DNA of 54,584 bases, taken from positions 1 through 54,584 of the forward strand of contig JWZX01003288.1 of the NCBI GenBank assembly GCA_001275005.1, given 5' to 3'. Shown piece by piece: positions 23,877-35,210 of the stretch. The notes below the pieces were generated by a model, which saw only the letters and a program-made list of their open reading frames with translations, had not been told where the DNA came from and did not search any database. Each line of letters begins with the position of its first letter. Position 1 is the stretch's first letter. The stretch is from Chrysochromulina tobinii. Its lineage: Eukaryota. The position numbers and the translations under genes were made by a program.

Positions 23877-24400
23877 TGGAGATTGCGCTTCACCCATAAA
23901 TGTGCAAACCGTGTCATATAAAACCCAACATCGCATAACGTAAACATCGCACATCCCCCCGGAGAGACGGGTGGGCCCCGGGCCGGGGCGGGGCGCGGGC
24001 GGTCGGAGAGCGTGAGACGTCTGACGTGAGAGGACCAGGACGCCGTGAGGGCAACTCATCCGAACCAACGCCCGACCGTTACTGCCGACGTGAGCGGAGC
24101 GCAGGCATCGCTTGGTAATGCCCCATCGAGACGCTCGTACAGCCGTCGCCGATGTATCGATCGAATAATGCGGACTTCGGTTCGTGATCGCAGATCAGTG
24201 ATGTCAGATGCGAACATGAGATTGGATTGAGAACCATGAGATGCGCGACGCGCCAGGCGCCACGAGCGCGGGAGGCGTCGGAGCGAGTGTGGACGGTCAG
24301 ATCGAGCTCACAGGAGACAGATGATTTGTGGTCGGTCCGACGAGCTCGTCGGGCTGCCAGCTCTCGCCCTCAGTAGTCAGTACCCTACTCAGTCCACTAC

Positions 24401-26670
24401 TCATTCCACCTTTTGATAGGTGAAGCCAGAGATGACCACAACAAGGCATCCCAGGATGATCTCAGCGCTCATCGGGCCGCTGAAGAGCAGATGGCTCGCG
24501 CCGGTGGTCAGCACAATCGACGAGGCGGTCGCGAGATTCTTGGCGAGCCCGTCCGCATGCTTGATGACGAGGGCGACTAGAATCCCCCCTAGAGCTCCCA
24601 AGAGGGCCAGCACAGCAGTCACGGCGGACCAGCCGAAAAAGGGTTCGCTCGGGTTGTCGTAGAGCGCCCACGGGAGATAGATGAGCATCGACCAGAAGGC
24701 GAGCTGCAGGTTGCGGTCCCAGACGGTAAGGCGCGTCGTTTTGAGCATCTTCTCGAAGTAGACGGTTGCGAAGCCGGATAGGGCCGAGTCGGTGAAGACG
24801 GCAGCCACGCCCACGGCGTAGGCTGAGGAGGACCACGCCGATAAGGAGGCGGCGGCTGCGGCGGTCTCAGCACTGCCGCCGGCGCACGCGCGCGACGGCT
24901 GCGACTCGAGAGAGATGAGGCACACGCCTAGGACCAGGGTGGTGAGAATCCCCCACTTGGGCACACTCAGGGTGCGCCCGAGCATCAGTCGCTGCAGCGC
25001 GGCTGTGAAGAAGACTTTCGACTGCTGCACGATCGCGAACGTGCCCGCGTCGACACGGCTCAGGCTGACGAAGCCTAGAAAGTTCATCGCCTGCCACGCA
25101 CAGCACAGCAAAGTATCGCCCATTCACAGCTCAGCCAGGCAGCGCCCATCCACATCACAGCCAGGCAGCGCCCATTCGATGCGCGTCGGAAGCGCCCTTA
25201 ACCCGGCGGGGGAAAGGGTAGGGATAGGGGGAGAGCTGCCATTGGCAATGGGCGTTGCGCGCCCGAAGGGACGGTGGCGCTAGCCCTGGCGCACACCAGG
25301 TAGATAAAGGCGGGCACGGCCATCTTGCCGCTGTCGAGGATCAGAGAGCACATCCGCTCGCTCAAACTGCCCTGCGGAGCCTCGGATGCCCCTGGCCACA
25401 TGCCAATGTTGAAGAGCGACACGCCGAATTTGATGGCCTCGCCGGCGCCGAGCACGGACGCAGCCGACCAGGGCTCCTGCACGGACCGAGCGTGCAGAGG
25501 CCCACGAGGAGGGGCAGGCAGGGGACACACGCACACGCATCAGCACGGCACCTTGGGGGCTACTTGGGGGCGGGGCTGTCGATTGAGGCTGAGGGGCGGG
25601 CTGGCATAGGAAGGGCTGCCATTATGGGTTGCTCCTGGGGTCAGTTATCGATCAAAGCTCATGGGATCTCTCGCGAAATACATGCAGAGGAAATGTTCGT
25701 CATTCCCCGGATGGCGGGCCATTAGGCGCACATGCGTGGGCCGTTGGCCGAGCGGAACTGACGCGCCCTTGCCAGCCAGCAAGGCGGCATGCCTGCCATG
25801 CGAGCCATGTGCGCCATGGCGTGCGGCGCAGCGCCTTGGATGCCTTCGGCACGCACCTTGAGGATACCGGTCGAGTAGCGTCGGAGCAGCGCGTAGGCAG
25901 CGTACTGCATGCACAGGAGGGCGACGCACAGCGTGCGCACGCGAGCTTCGGCCGACCAGAGACCGCCTAGCTCGCCTGCCGCAGCCGGCTTGAGTGCGCT
26001 CTCGTCGAACAATCCCCTGGTGGGCGCGCTGGCCTCGAGCTCGGCATCGCGCGTCTGCACCTGCTCGAGCTCGCGCCCACTTGATCTGCTGCTCATGTAT
26101 AGCGCCACGACGGCTGCGAGCGTGACGACCGCAGCAGCGGCTGTCCACCCTGAGGAGGACGGCACAGGCTCGGCGGCTGTTGCCGCCGTTGGAACCGCCA
26201 GTGCGGCAGCAGCGGCGGTGGATGCAGTCGGCTCGCCAGCCGAGGCGGAAGAGGTAGGCCTGGCTTTCTTCGTCTTGGACTTGTGCGGAGCGGAGCTCTG
26301 TCCCTCGTCCTTGGCCATGCTGCGAAGCTGTGAGGTGTGTCCCTCATCCTTTGGCGAGGATGCCTTGGACTTTTTGGCCGTGAGGTGGCTGTGTGGTGAC
26401 TTTGCCTTTGGATGTGTGGTGCCGCCGCAAAAGGTGCAGCTCTTGCACTTGCAAAACTTGCAGTGGGTCTCTGCCGCTTCCTCTTTGCAGAAGGAGGCGC
26501 ACGTCTCATAGACAAAGTCGCCGATGAGGCCGCTGCTGCAGCTGACATGGTTAACCTTGCCGCCTGTTTCGGCGGGGCGCCGCCGAGGCAGCTTCAGCTA
26601 GCGCCTTCCCATGGCCCTTGCCGCCGGCAGATGAGCAGACGAGCACGGCAACGCAGAGATAATGCCGCAT
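24401..26670 (-). CDS. SLC35A-type nucleotide-sugar transporter with N-terminal signal peptide and Cys-rich module. Exons 26670-25857, 25476-25297, 25090-24401; apparent +1 frameshift at 26574-26577
   Basis: GT-AG introns at 25856-25477 and 25296-25091 join LRRYSTGILK|EPWSAASV...AVPAFIYL|AMNFLGF. Transporter motifs QQSKVFFTA, SGFATVYFEKMLK, RNLQLA, GGILVALVIKHAD. Confidence 0.85.
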
Positions 26671-26850
26671 GGACGAGGGGCGGAACTCCAGTGCGGGGCG
26701 ACACAGAGCAAAGTCCAAAACGGGAAACATTCCCGATTAGGGAGTGGCTCCGGTGGGAGGTACCGGGTACTACCGTGGGTTACATGTACTGCATGTAACA
26801 TTCCGAAACGCTGCAGAAGAAAAAGGAACATGTGGCGACGATCGGGAGAA

Positions 26851-29106
26851 ATGGCGGCGACGGTCGGGGCCGATGCCTCACTCGCCACGTCCATCGCGAT
26901 CCTCCTGTACGTCAACAGCGTGCGCAACGGATACGCCTTCGACGACCATCGTGCCATCGAGCGCAACCCGTGCGTCGCCGCCGCCGTGGATTGTGACTGG
27001 TCCACACTTCTGGGCTCCGACTTCTGGGGCACTCCGCTCGCCTCGCCTCGCTCGCACCATTCCTACCGGCCGCTGGCGGTGCTGTCGCTTGCGCTCGACG
27101 TGAGGAGATCCGGGCCGGGGAGCGTCCATGCCACAAACGCGCTGCTCCACGGCGTGTGCACGTCGCTCGTATGGAGGCTCTGCGCCGATGCGCTCGGCGG
27201 CCGGGCGCTTCCACTGGCAGCAGCCTTGTTGCACGCCGTGCACCCGGTCAATAGCGAAGCGGTTGCCTACGGCGTCGGCCGCGCGGACTTGCTCGCGGCC
27301 GGATTCGGGCTCGCTGGCATGGTGTGCCTTGGCCGCGCGTCCTCCGCCGCCGCCTTTCGCTGCCTTGGCCGTTCCGAGCCTTCGGACGAGCATGCGGGCG
27401 AGGAGAGGAGAGCGCGCAGCTACGGCGGGATGGCGACGGTTGTGGCGCTGCGCTTAGCAGCGGCAGTGTGCTTTGTGCTTGCCCTCGCTGCCAAGGAGAC
27501 GGCGCTCGTGCTTCTCCCCGCATGCGTCGTACAAGACGCACTGCGCGTCCTCTGCCCACCGTCCTCCAAAGCCCCGGGCAGTCGGCGGATGGGCGAGCAC
27601 GAGCCCGAGACTCAGCGAGCACGAGCCGACTCAGAGGCCCACGAGCACGATCCCGCACCGCTGAGTCGATGGCAGATGACCAGAGCGCTGACACCGGGCA
27701 TCGTGCTCCTGGGCCTCTTGGCAGCCGGCTACGTGGTGCTGCGCGTACACGTCATCGGTCCCCTCGCCAGCCACTTCCGGCGGCTCGATAACCCAATTCC
27801 GAGCCTGGGCAGTGCCGTCGATCGGGCTCTCGCCACGGCGCGCGTCCACTTGCAGTGCGCCCTCATCCTCACGTGGCCCTCGGTGCTCTCGGCCGACTAT
27901 TCGCACGACGCGCTCGGCCTCTCGCCCGAGGCGCTCATGGCGAGCCGCCTCACACTCACCGCTGCGGCGCTTGCTTTGTACGCTGCGTGTGTCGGTGTGG
28001 CGCTGCGCCTCCTTTGGTGCATGTGCCAGCGCGCCACGCCCGTGCTCGCACGACGGCGTGCGCGTGCATGCCTCGGCTGGCTGGCGCTGCTCGTTCTCGC
28101 GTACGCGCCTGCCTCGCACGTGTGGGTCGCCCTCTCCTTCGTTGTCGCCGAGCGGCTGCTCTACGTGCCGTGTGCGGCCTTGTGCCTGCTGACCGCTGTT
28201 GCCCTCGACACGGCCGTCCGCGCGACCAGTGGCGAAACTCGATGGCTCGTCCGCGGGTTGCGACGGGTGCTGATGGCGGTTCTGCTCATTGGCGGCGGCG
28301 CGCGAACCGTAAGTCGCACCCTCGACTGGTACGATGATGCGACACTCTTCGGTGCAGCGGCCGCAGCGTATCCGCGCTCAGCCAAGGCTGTCTACCAGAT
28401 CGCCGATGGGCTCATGCAGGCGGGTCGGACGGCAGAGGCCGTCCCTCTTTTCCATCGTGCCTTGGCCATCGAGCCGAAGTACCACTATGCCTACCTACAC
28501 CTTGCCACCGTCGCACTGAGGCAGTCGGACGCTCTTGCCGCCGCGGAGCTCGCCGCCGCTTCGCTCAGGGCTGTGCCCTCGCCCAACGCCGACGGCCATG
28601 CCCTCGCCGCACGAGCCCTGCTCGACTTGTATCGACAGACAGTGCGGGAGCGCAGCACGCACCCCACCCAAGCGACGAGGCCCAACGCAGAAGGGCGCGA
28701 AGACGTCGAGGCGCTCGCGCGCCGCGCGGTGGAGCACGCGCGAGCGGCCGTGGCCACAGAGCCGCGAGTGAGCCAGCACGCGGCGCTCCTCGGCGATGCG
28801 CTCGGGACTACGCGGCGATGGGCGGAGGCGGTGAGGGCTTTCGAGGCAGCGTCGCGGCTCACGCCGACCGACGCATCGCTGCCCATCAAGGAGGGCGCTG
28901 CTCTGCTCCATTTGCAACGGCCCGACGCGAGTCGGGCTCGCTTCGAGCACGCGCTCCGACTGGCGCAAGAGTTGCCCGCCAGCGACCCGCGCGTTCGCGA
29001 CCTCGTGGAAAACGCTCGGAACGGCCTGGCGCTAGCCGACAAAGAAACATCAGAAGACGCAAGCGTGCACACGGGCCACGGCGGCGAACGAGGTCGTTCT
29101 TTTTAG
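26851..29106 (+). CDS. TMTC: TMTC-family protein O-mannosyltransferase (GT-C, DUF1736, TPR repeats)
   Basis: Motifs FDDHRAIERNP, DFWG...SHHSYRPL, HAVHPVNSEAV...GRADLL, AKET, LDNP, LSADYS, VAERLLYVP, then TPR-like repeats. An alternative ATG is at 26830. Confidence 0.92.
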   Translation: MAATVGADASLATSIAILLYVNSVRNGYAFDDHRAIERNPCVAAAVDCDWSTLLGSDFWGTPLASPRSHHSYRPLAVLSLALDVRRSGPGSVHATNALLHGVCTSLVWRLCADALGGRALPLAAALLHAVHPVNSEAVAYGVGRADLLAAGFGLAGMVCLGRASSAAAFRCLGRSEPSDEHAGEERRARSYGGMATVVALRLAAAVCFVLALAAKETALVLLPACVVQDALRVLCPPSSKAPGSRRMGEHEPETQRARADSEAHEHDPAPLSRWQMTRALTPGIVLLGLLAAGYVVLRVHVIGPLASHFRRLDNPIPSLGSAVDRALATARVHLQCALILTWPSVLSADYSHDALGLSPEALMASRLTLTAAALALYAACVGVALRLLWCMCQRATPVLARRRARACLGWLALLVLAYAPASHVWVALSFVVAERLLYVPCAALCLLTAVALDTAVRATSGETRWLVRGLRRVLMAVLLIGGGARTVSRTLDWYDDATLFGAAAAAYPRSAKAVYQIADGLMQAGRTAEAVPLFHRALAIEPKYHYAYLHLATVALRQSDALAAAELAAASLRAVPSPNADGHALAARALLDLYRQTVRERSTHPTQATRPNAEGREDVEALARRAVEHARAAVATEPRVSQHAALLGDALGTTRRWAEAVRAFEAASRLTPTDASLPIKEGAALLHLQRPDASRARFEHALRLAQELPASDPRVRDLVENARNGLALADKETSEDASVHTGHGGERGRSF

Positions 29107-29280
29107 TTCTTTTTATGGATGATTATACAGCTTCACACGGTATGCAGCCGTTTCTCTCTTCGCAGGGCGGTATCTTTCTCCGCGCCAAGGCATTATTACA
29201 AGGCAATGCCTGAGGGGCGCGCTCTCGTCGGCCGTCCATTTCTAGCCGTCCCGTCCGTTGCAGGCCGCGCACTCATCCGA

Positions 29281-29949
29281 TCAATAGCATGCCACAGCAC
29301 TCTTGTAGAGCAGCAACCAAACGATGCAATATGATGGCCACGTGATTAACGATACCCAGCTGATGCCAAGTTTGCGCTGCACACCCCAGAGCGCTGGCGT
29401 CATATCGGGATGAGCAAAGCCAACTGGATACGTCGCTCGCAAAAGAAGCCAAATCCAGCCGTACCACGACGCATCGTGCGGTGAGCCCGTCAGCGCGTTC
29501 AGCCAGAGGCTGAGGAGGAATGGGAGGGACTGTTCGAGCATGTTACCGACAGTGCGATCCATAGTGAGGACCAAGCCTCGATGCGGCTTCGCCGGCCCAT
29601 ACTTCACGTCCGCAAACTCTATGGGTTTCCCTGACAATCTAGATTGTGCAATGGACTCGTCGTCCTTCTTGGAGCCGACCTCTCGTAATTGTTTGTGGAT
29701 CCAGAAGGCAGCGGCTGCCTGACCCTGCAGAAAGCAAAAGTACAGCGCGTTCCATGCGATCGTCACCAACACCACTGGGCGCAGCATTCGCGCATCCAAC
29801 AATGGCACGCGAATCTCGGGCGGCGGAGGTGCCGGCCACGAGATGCAGACGTATATGAAGAGGAGTAAGAAGCCGAGACCGTAGATGATGCACGCGCACG
29901 TCGGCAGGAGTCCCTCGGCGCCCGGGCTCATCAGCCACACGCCTCCCAT
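29281..29949 (-). CDS. MAPEG-family membrane protein
   Basis: Several TM helices. DRTVGNMLEQSLPFL and WIWLLLRATYP match the MAPEG RxxxNxxE and RxxY pattern. Confidence 0.7.
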   Translation of the reverse strand: MGGVWLMSPGAEGLLPTCACIIYGLGFLLLFIYVCISWPAPPPPEIRVPLLDARMLRPVVLVTIAWNALYFCFLQGQAAAAFWIHKQLREVGSKKDDESIAQSRLSGKPIEFADVKYGPAKPHRGLVLTMDRTVGNMLEQSLPFLLSLWLNALTGSPHDASWYGWIWLLLRATYPVGFAHPDMTPALWGVQRKLGISWVSLITWPSYCIVWLLLYKSAVACY

Positions 29950-30477
29950 TGGCCGTTGATTCGTCACGAGGACCCGCGCCGTGCCCGTGAAACGTTAGGT
30001 GTGAACTTCATGGATAATCTCCAGCAACGCCGCTTTACTTGTGCAATAAAATAATTAAGTTGAACGCTTCGCGAAGTGCACCCTCGATAGAGCGACGCAA
30101 CTCGATGCACGATGCTCTACACAGGCGACAGGGATCGGGCCTGAGGGAGGTGACCCCGTGACCCGATCCACCTGACTGGGCCCCCGGGTGCCCGGGAGAA
30201 CCCCCGGCTGCTCACATGTCTTCGTCCTCGATCGGGCCCAGCCGGCCATGACGGCATCTTCGGGTCCCCTACCAAACCCCGCTGGTCACACACGCTCAGC
30301 ACTGCTCAGAGCTGTGAGCCGAGGCAACTCTCTCCGTGGTTGGGCACGGCGGTCGCCTTGCGTGAGCTGCCTCGTATGCATCTTCCCCTATTCACGTATT
30401 GAGCAGCATCCCGTGTGCGCGCGCTCCGCCGCACAGTGTCGCACCGCCGCCCTCCGCGGCCGGACCGGCCGCCGACA

Positions 30478-31869
30478 TCATCTGAGCTCCATGTTGACTA
30501 CGAGGCGCTCCGCCTTTTGGCGAGAAAGTGGCACGGCATCCTCGGGTATCTGGAAGTCCTCAAGGAGCTCGTCGCCGCCGCCACTGACGCCACGGTAGAC
30601 AGGCTGGTCGCCCTCGTACGCCGCGTCGACGGTCCCGGCTGGCTCGTTCGTGATCCATGGATGTCCCTCGACGTCTTTGACGCTGAGGCGCGTGGTATAG
30701 TCGATGGTGAGCATGCCGTCGATAAGGGACTTGAGAGCGGGCGAGAAGGTGTTCAGGTGTTGTTGCTTGTACGTCTTGAAGGTGCTCTCGCAAACGCCGA
30801 TGCCCTCGCGCTGATCCGCGGCAAGCTTTCTGAACCGCCGGTCAGTGTCCTTGGCCTCTTCCACGGGGAAAAAGCCCGACACGAGAGAGAAGGTTACGAT
30901 CCCCATCGCCCACACGTCGAGCTTGAGAGGCGAGTAGCTTGGCTGGTGGTACACCTCCGGCGCTCGGTACGCAGCCGTGCCCGCCGCGTCGGCGACGGCC
31001 CTCTCGATCAAGTGGCCGTCCTCGCCAATCTGGGCGGGCCAGGGCAGGGGCGCGTGTCAACCACTCGTGTGAGAGGCGGAGGCCGTTCATGGCGTGGAGA
31101 GGACGAGTAGGGGGAAGGGGGCGGGAAGGGAAATGAGGGGAATGAGACGGCGGCGTGTGTGGGAGGCTAGACTTACCTCGAGCTCCATTGCCAGACCAAA
31201 ATCGATCACCTTCACGGCATTCGGGTCGGCCGCATGCAGCATGATGTTCTCGAGCTTAAGGTCGCGGTGTACTAAGCCCCTTGAGAACATGTGCGCAACG
31301 GCCTTGGCAAGCCTCGAGACGAAGGGCCATGCCGCACCTGCCGAGCGACGTGGTGAGTGACGCGGTGAGCATGAGGGCGGTGCATCATGCGGCACGCATG
31401 CAGAGCCCTTTGAAGGGTGAGCCGCAGCGAATACACGCCGGAGATCATCCGGGAGCTGGCCAGGGGCGCTTCAGCAGCAGAAAGCGGGCGGTGGTCGAAG
31501 CGTACGTTCACTAAGACGTCCACTGTCAGTGAGGCGGTCGAAGAGCTCGCCACCCGTAGCCATCTCGAGGAAAAGCCAGCCCGTTGCGGCCTCCGGGGCC
31601 TCAACGCTGCCGTACAGCTCGATGATGCTTTCATGTCCGCCTACTCTTTGCAGCATCGCACGCTCCTTCTGGAAGTTCTCGATCTCTTGCTGGGTTGCAA
31701 GTCCGAGCTTCTTGGCTGCGCAATCCTTGGGTGCCTCCTCGCCGGTCTCACCCTTGTCCCTGCCACGATACACGATGCCGAAACCACCCTCGCTAAATGG
31801 GCGCGAGATGTCCACCACCCAACGGCTCTCGGGCTGCGTGTGCGGCACCGGGGTCCAGTTGGGTGCCAT
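30478..31869 (-). CDS. CAMK-like Ser/Thr protein kinase. Exons 31869-31506, 31337-31177, 31029-30478
   Basis: Motifs EGGFGIVY, GGELFDRL, HRDLKLENIML, DFG, GTAAYRAPE, DVWAMG, HPWI. GT-AG introns at 31505-31338 and 31176-31030 restore one frame. Confidence 0.92.
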
Positions 31870-32387
31870 TTCTCTTGTTCTCTCGCGGTCCTCCGTGAAC
31901 ACATTCCGTTCGCAGCTTCACACTGCCCCTGATTCCGTGACTGCTCTGATTCTCGTCCAGCACCTGAGATGGCGCGCCGGGAGGGGGCTCGAGGCGCTCG
32001 AGATCGATCTCGCTCGCGGCCACACGCCACAGCGGCTCGGCAAGGCGGCTCGGCGGGCATCGGGGATCGGCGCACGGCGGGTGTGACCGCGGCCACCGCG
32101 CGTGCCAGGAGCACGACGGGACGCCGCCTGCGCGTCGGTGCGCGATTTCGTAATCGATGGGCTTTGTGTTGACGCATGGATGCGTTATTTAGAGGTGTAC
32201 GGCGAGGATCCACGCAGCGCCCAGCCCGGCCCCAGCCGCAGCCCGCAGCGTCGCGATCAATCCGCCCAGCATTGAATTCTGTTTTCCGCATGGGTTTGAG
32301 GGTTTCCGCTGCCATCCACCTTAACATCCACCTTGTGGGATGGGCTTTGAAGATCTGTTGTACACAGGCTTCTCTCGCCCGCCACTG

Positions 32388-33113
32388 CTACAGCTCTACT
32401 TGCTGCCCATCTTGCTGCTCCTGCTCCTGCGGCTGACGCTGACGGAGTTCAGCCTGTCTTCGTTCTCGATCGTGGCGTGCGAGTCCCTTCAACAACTCGA
32501 GCACATCGGAGTGCGATCCCGACTGGGCCCGTGCGATGGCAAGCGTCGCTGCCGTTTCGCCCTCTGCATCGCGCGCTGCGGGGCTGGCGCCGTGTCGTAG
32601 CAGGATTGCCACGGCCTCGGGATGGTCATGATAGGCAGCCCAATGCAAAGGTGTCGCACCCAAGGTCGTTGTCGCCGTCACGTCGGCACCGCGAGATAAC
32701 AACGACCTGACAATGGCCGCGTGGCCGCGCTCCGCGGCCATGTGCAGTGGCGTGTAGCCTGTTTCGCTCGCAGCCTCGATTGGCGCGCCTGCATCCAGCA
32801 GTGTGGTGCACACCGCTGCATGGCCAACGTGAGCAGCAAGGTGGAGAGCCGTCTCACCATTTTCGTCGCGCGAGTCGGTATCCGCTCCACTGGCGAGCAG
32901 TCGTTCGACCATCTCAACGTTGCCAAACCCCGCCGCAAGGTGCAACGGAGTGTAATGGTCAGAGTCGAATGCATTCGGGTCAGCACCAGACGCGAGGGCC
33001 GTCTCGACGGCATCCATGTCTCCTCGCTCCACGAGCTCGTGGAGCGAGCTCGCTCGAGCGCCGGCTAAGGCGAACAGGATCCAGGAGCCTCGGTGCAATG
33101 CCCAAAACGACAT
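32388..33113 (-). CDS. Ankyrin-repeat protein with putative signal peptide and C-terminal VEL
   Basis: About 5 repeats of the TPLHLAA...G...LL..GAD type. N-terminus MSFWALHRGSWILFALAGARA; ends QQVEL*. Confidence 0.85.
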   Translation of the reverse strand: MSFWALHRGSWILFALAGARASSLHELVERGDMDAVETALASGADPNAFDSDHYTPLHLAAGFGNVEMVERLLASGADTDSRDENGETALHLAAHVGHAAVCTTLLDAGAPIEAASETGYTPLHMAAERGHAAIVRSLLSRGADVTATTTLGATPLHWAAYHDHPEAVAILLRHGASPAARDAEGETAATLAIARAQSGSHSDVLELLKGLARHDRERRQAELRQRQPQEQEQQDGQQVEL

Positions 33114-33620
33114 GCCCTGTCGGTCTCCACCCCGGCGAGGACGCGAGGGCGCCGCGACGCATCGAAGGTGCACAAAAGGAAGTGTGAATGAGTTTGTGAA
33201 TGATTCGACTTGGCACCTGCGCTCGCGCGATTGATGACGTGCGGCATCCAACTTCGTTTGAGTCACGTGTGGATGCGTGTCGCACGCCAAGATATATATA
33301 TCTACAAAATTCTATGTCTAATACTGTGGCTGCAGCGGTGCAGCGGTGCGGCGCTCGCGTGTGTCGGTTCAACTGACCTTTTCGCATGTACATTCGTCGG
33401 TACCATGGTCGGTACGTATCCGATCCGAACCGTATAGTTACTGTTTACAGAGACCCGTGAAAAACCGCGCGGGTGATCGCTCCTGCACGAAGCACTACTC
33501 TAGCGCCGAGGATTCCTGGCGCATGGCGCCGCAAGCGAGTCAACACTGCTGTATTAAGCAGCGGGAGACGGTGATGTACTGCATGCCTGTAGAAAGGTGT
33601 TACGTGGGATGTACGACGGC

Positions 33621-33974
33621 CTATGACCCCTTGCCTGGGCGTCCTCGTCCTCGCCCCCTGCCTCGGCCGCGGGCCCCCTTGCCCCCCACGGGCGCGGCCT
33701 GGCGCTTTTGCACAAGCTTTGGTGTGTCGTCCACTAGCAGAGTGTCCAGGTTGATGCTGTCAGGAAGGATGAAATAGCGGACGTTGCTGCCACGGATGGA
33801 CAGTGTGTCGAGAGCAAGCGGTTCCTTGCCCTTGAGGGTCATCTTCACCTGCTTGAGGTGAGTGTTCATCGAGACATCGACGCCGGCCACCGTGCCGGTG
33901 ACAACCGTCCCATTCTTCAGCTCCACAGTCACTGTCTCGTTGGACAGCTTCATGAGGAAGCGCACGAGCTTCAT
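33621..33974 (-). CDS. SNRPD1: Small nuclear ribonucleoprotein Sm D1
   Basis: [23 protein letters not shown]...[24 protein letters not shown] with an RG-repeat tail. Confidence 0.97.
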   Translation of the reverse strand: MKLVRFLMKLSNETVTVELKNGTVVTGTVAGVDVSMNTHLKQVKMTLKGKEPLALDTLSIRGSNVRYFILPDSINLDTLLVDDTPKLVQKRQAAPVGGKGARGRGRGRGRGRPGKGS

Positions 33975-34308
33975 AGTGCTGCTGCTGCCGCTGCTACTGC
34001 TGCGCGCTGTGGTACGTTGGTGCACCCAAGCCTGTCTGAGCGCGTGTACTCTGCGCACGCGGCGCGAATCGCGGATCAGGCGGTGAGCGAGCAGACGGCA
34101 GGCGCGCAAACGGCGGCAGCAGAGCGGCGCGTCGCAAGCAGGGAGAAGTGCACCACGACGAGTTCGCCAAACTCTGTGCGTGAAAGACGCTCGTGACGAG
34201 GCATGTAAAAGATTGGCTCATGAAAGTTCGTGAGTTCTACATGTACCGGTCAGACTCTGCGGTCAGGCTCTCGGACAATTTCGGAAGTGCTCTTCCGCCC
34301 CGCCAACC

Positions 34309-34845
34309 ATGCGGACGCTGCTCACCCTCGCGTTGCTCGCGCTCGCGCTGCCCACGGGCCGGCCGCAGGCGCTATCGGGTGTCCCGGCGGACGACGGCTT
34401 CGACTCGGCGCCGGCCGCCAAGCGCGGCGGCCGCATCGAAATCAAGTACTGTATGAGCTGAGGGTATCGGAAAGTGTACGAGGACTATGCTCGTGCGCTG
34501 CGCAGTGAATACCCACACGTGACCTTCCAGGGCAATCCATTCTTGCCCGGCGAGATGAAGATGGCTCTCGCGCAGCTCCTCCAGTTCGCCTTCTTCGGTG
34601 GGATCGCGATCGCGCTCATCGGCACTCGTGCGCTGCCTGAGCGCGCTGCCAAGTTCGTCGGCGAGAACCAAGGGTTGGTGCTCGGCGGCTGCTTCATGTG
34701 CAATATCATGGCCGGCAATCTGCTTAACACTGGCGCCTTCGAGATCACCTATAACGGCGAGTTTGTGTGGTCGAAGATTGAGTCGGGCCGCTTCCCACAG
34801 GTGGACGAGCTGCGCGCCTCGCTTGCCGCCGTCGGCCTGAGCTAA
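34309..34845 (+). CDS. SELENOT: Selenoprotein T (SelT, Rdx family), 178 aa, Sec at codon 51 (TGA 34459-34461)
   Basis: Signal peptide MRTLLTLALLALAL, then IEIKYCMS-TGA-GYRKVYEDY (CxxU motif), hydrophobic helices, and TGAFEITYNGEFVWSKIESGRFP. A SECIS-like element lies downstream. Confidence 0.95.
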
Positions 34846-34905
34846 CTGAGGTGGAGGAGGAGGGTGGTGGGCGAGTAGGAGCTAGGAGCAAGAGGAGGCA
34901 TGCGT

Positions 34906-34994
34906 GGTCACACTCCCCCCCGCAATGACGCGGCCGCGCACAATCTCTCTCCAGAGACCGCGCCGCCCGCTGAGACGACGTTGAGGATGTGGCC
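34906..34994 (+). promoter_or_regulatory. Type II SECIS element in the SelT 3' UTR
   Basis: ATGA core at 34925-34928 and TGAG at 34971-34974. Helix II is GCGG/CCGC plus GCGC/GCGC, with unpaired AA at 34942-34943 and a mini-stem TCTCT/AGAGA. The outer helix is GGTCACA/TGTGGCC. Folded by eye. Confidence 0.85.
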
Positions 34995-35210
34995 TAGACA
35001 CATACGAGAAGAACCTGGTCTCATAGGTCTCGAGGTGTGGTTTAGCCCCGCAAGGAAAATCATGATATTGCCGCGGTGCGTTCGTCGCCGTCGCGTCGCT
35101 CCGCACGCTGCAATCGCCACGAACAAAACGCCATGAAACGAGAGGGGACGGGGGGAGCGCCTGCATCATCGGAGAGAGGTTCTCCCGGCCTTTTGTGTTC
35201 TCCAAGGAGA

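Noticed and set aside
26093..26548. ORF MSAAAAASS... as the transporter start
   Set aside because: It is in the wrong frame for the transporter; the Cys-rich frame is the one continuous with the downstream exons.
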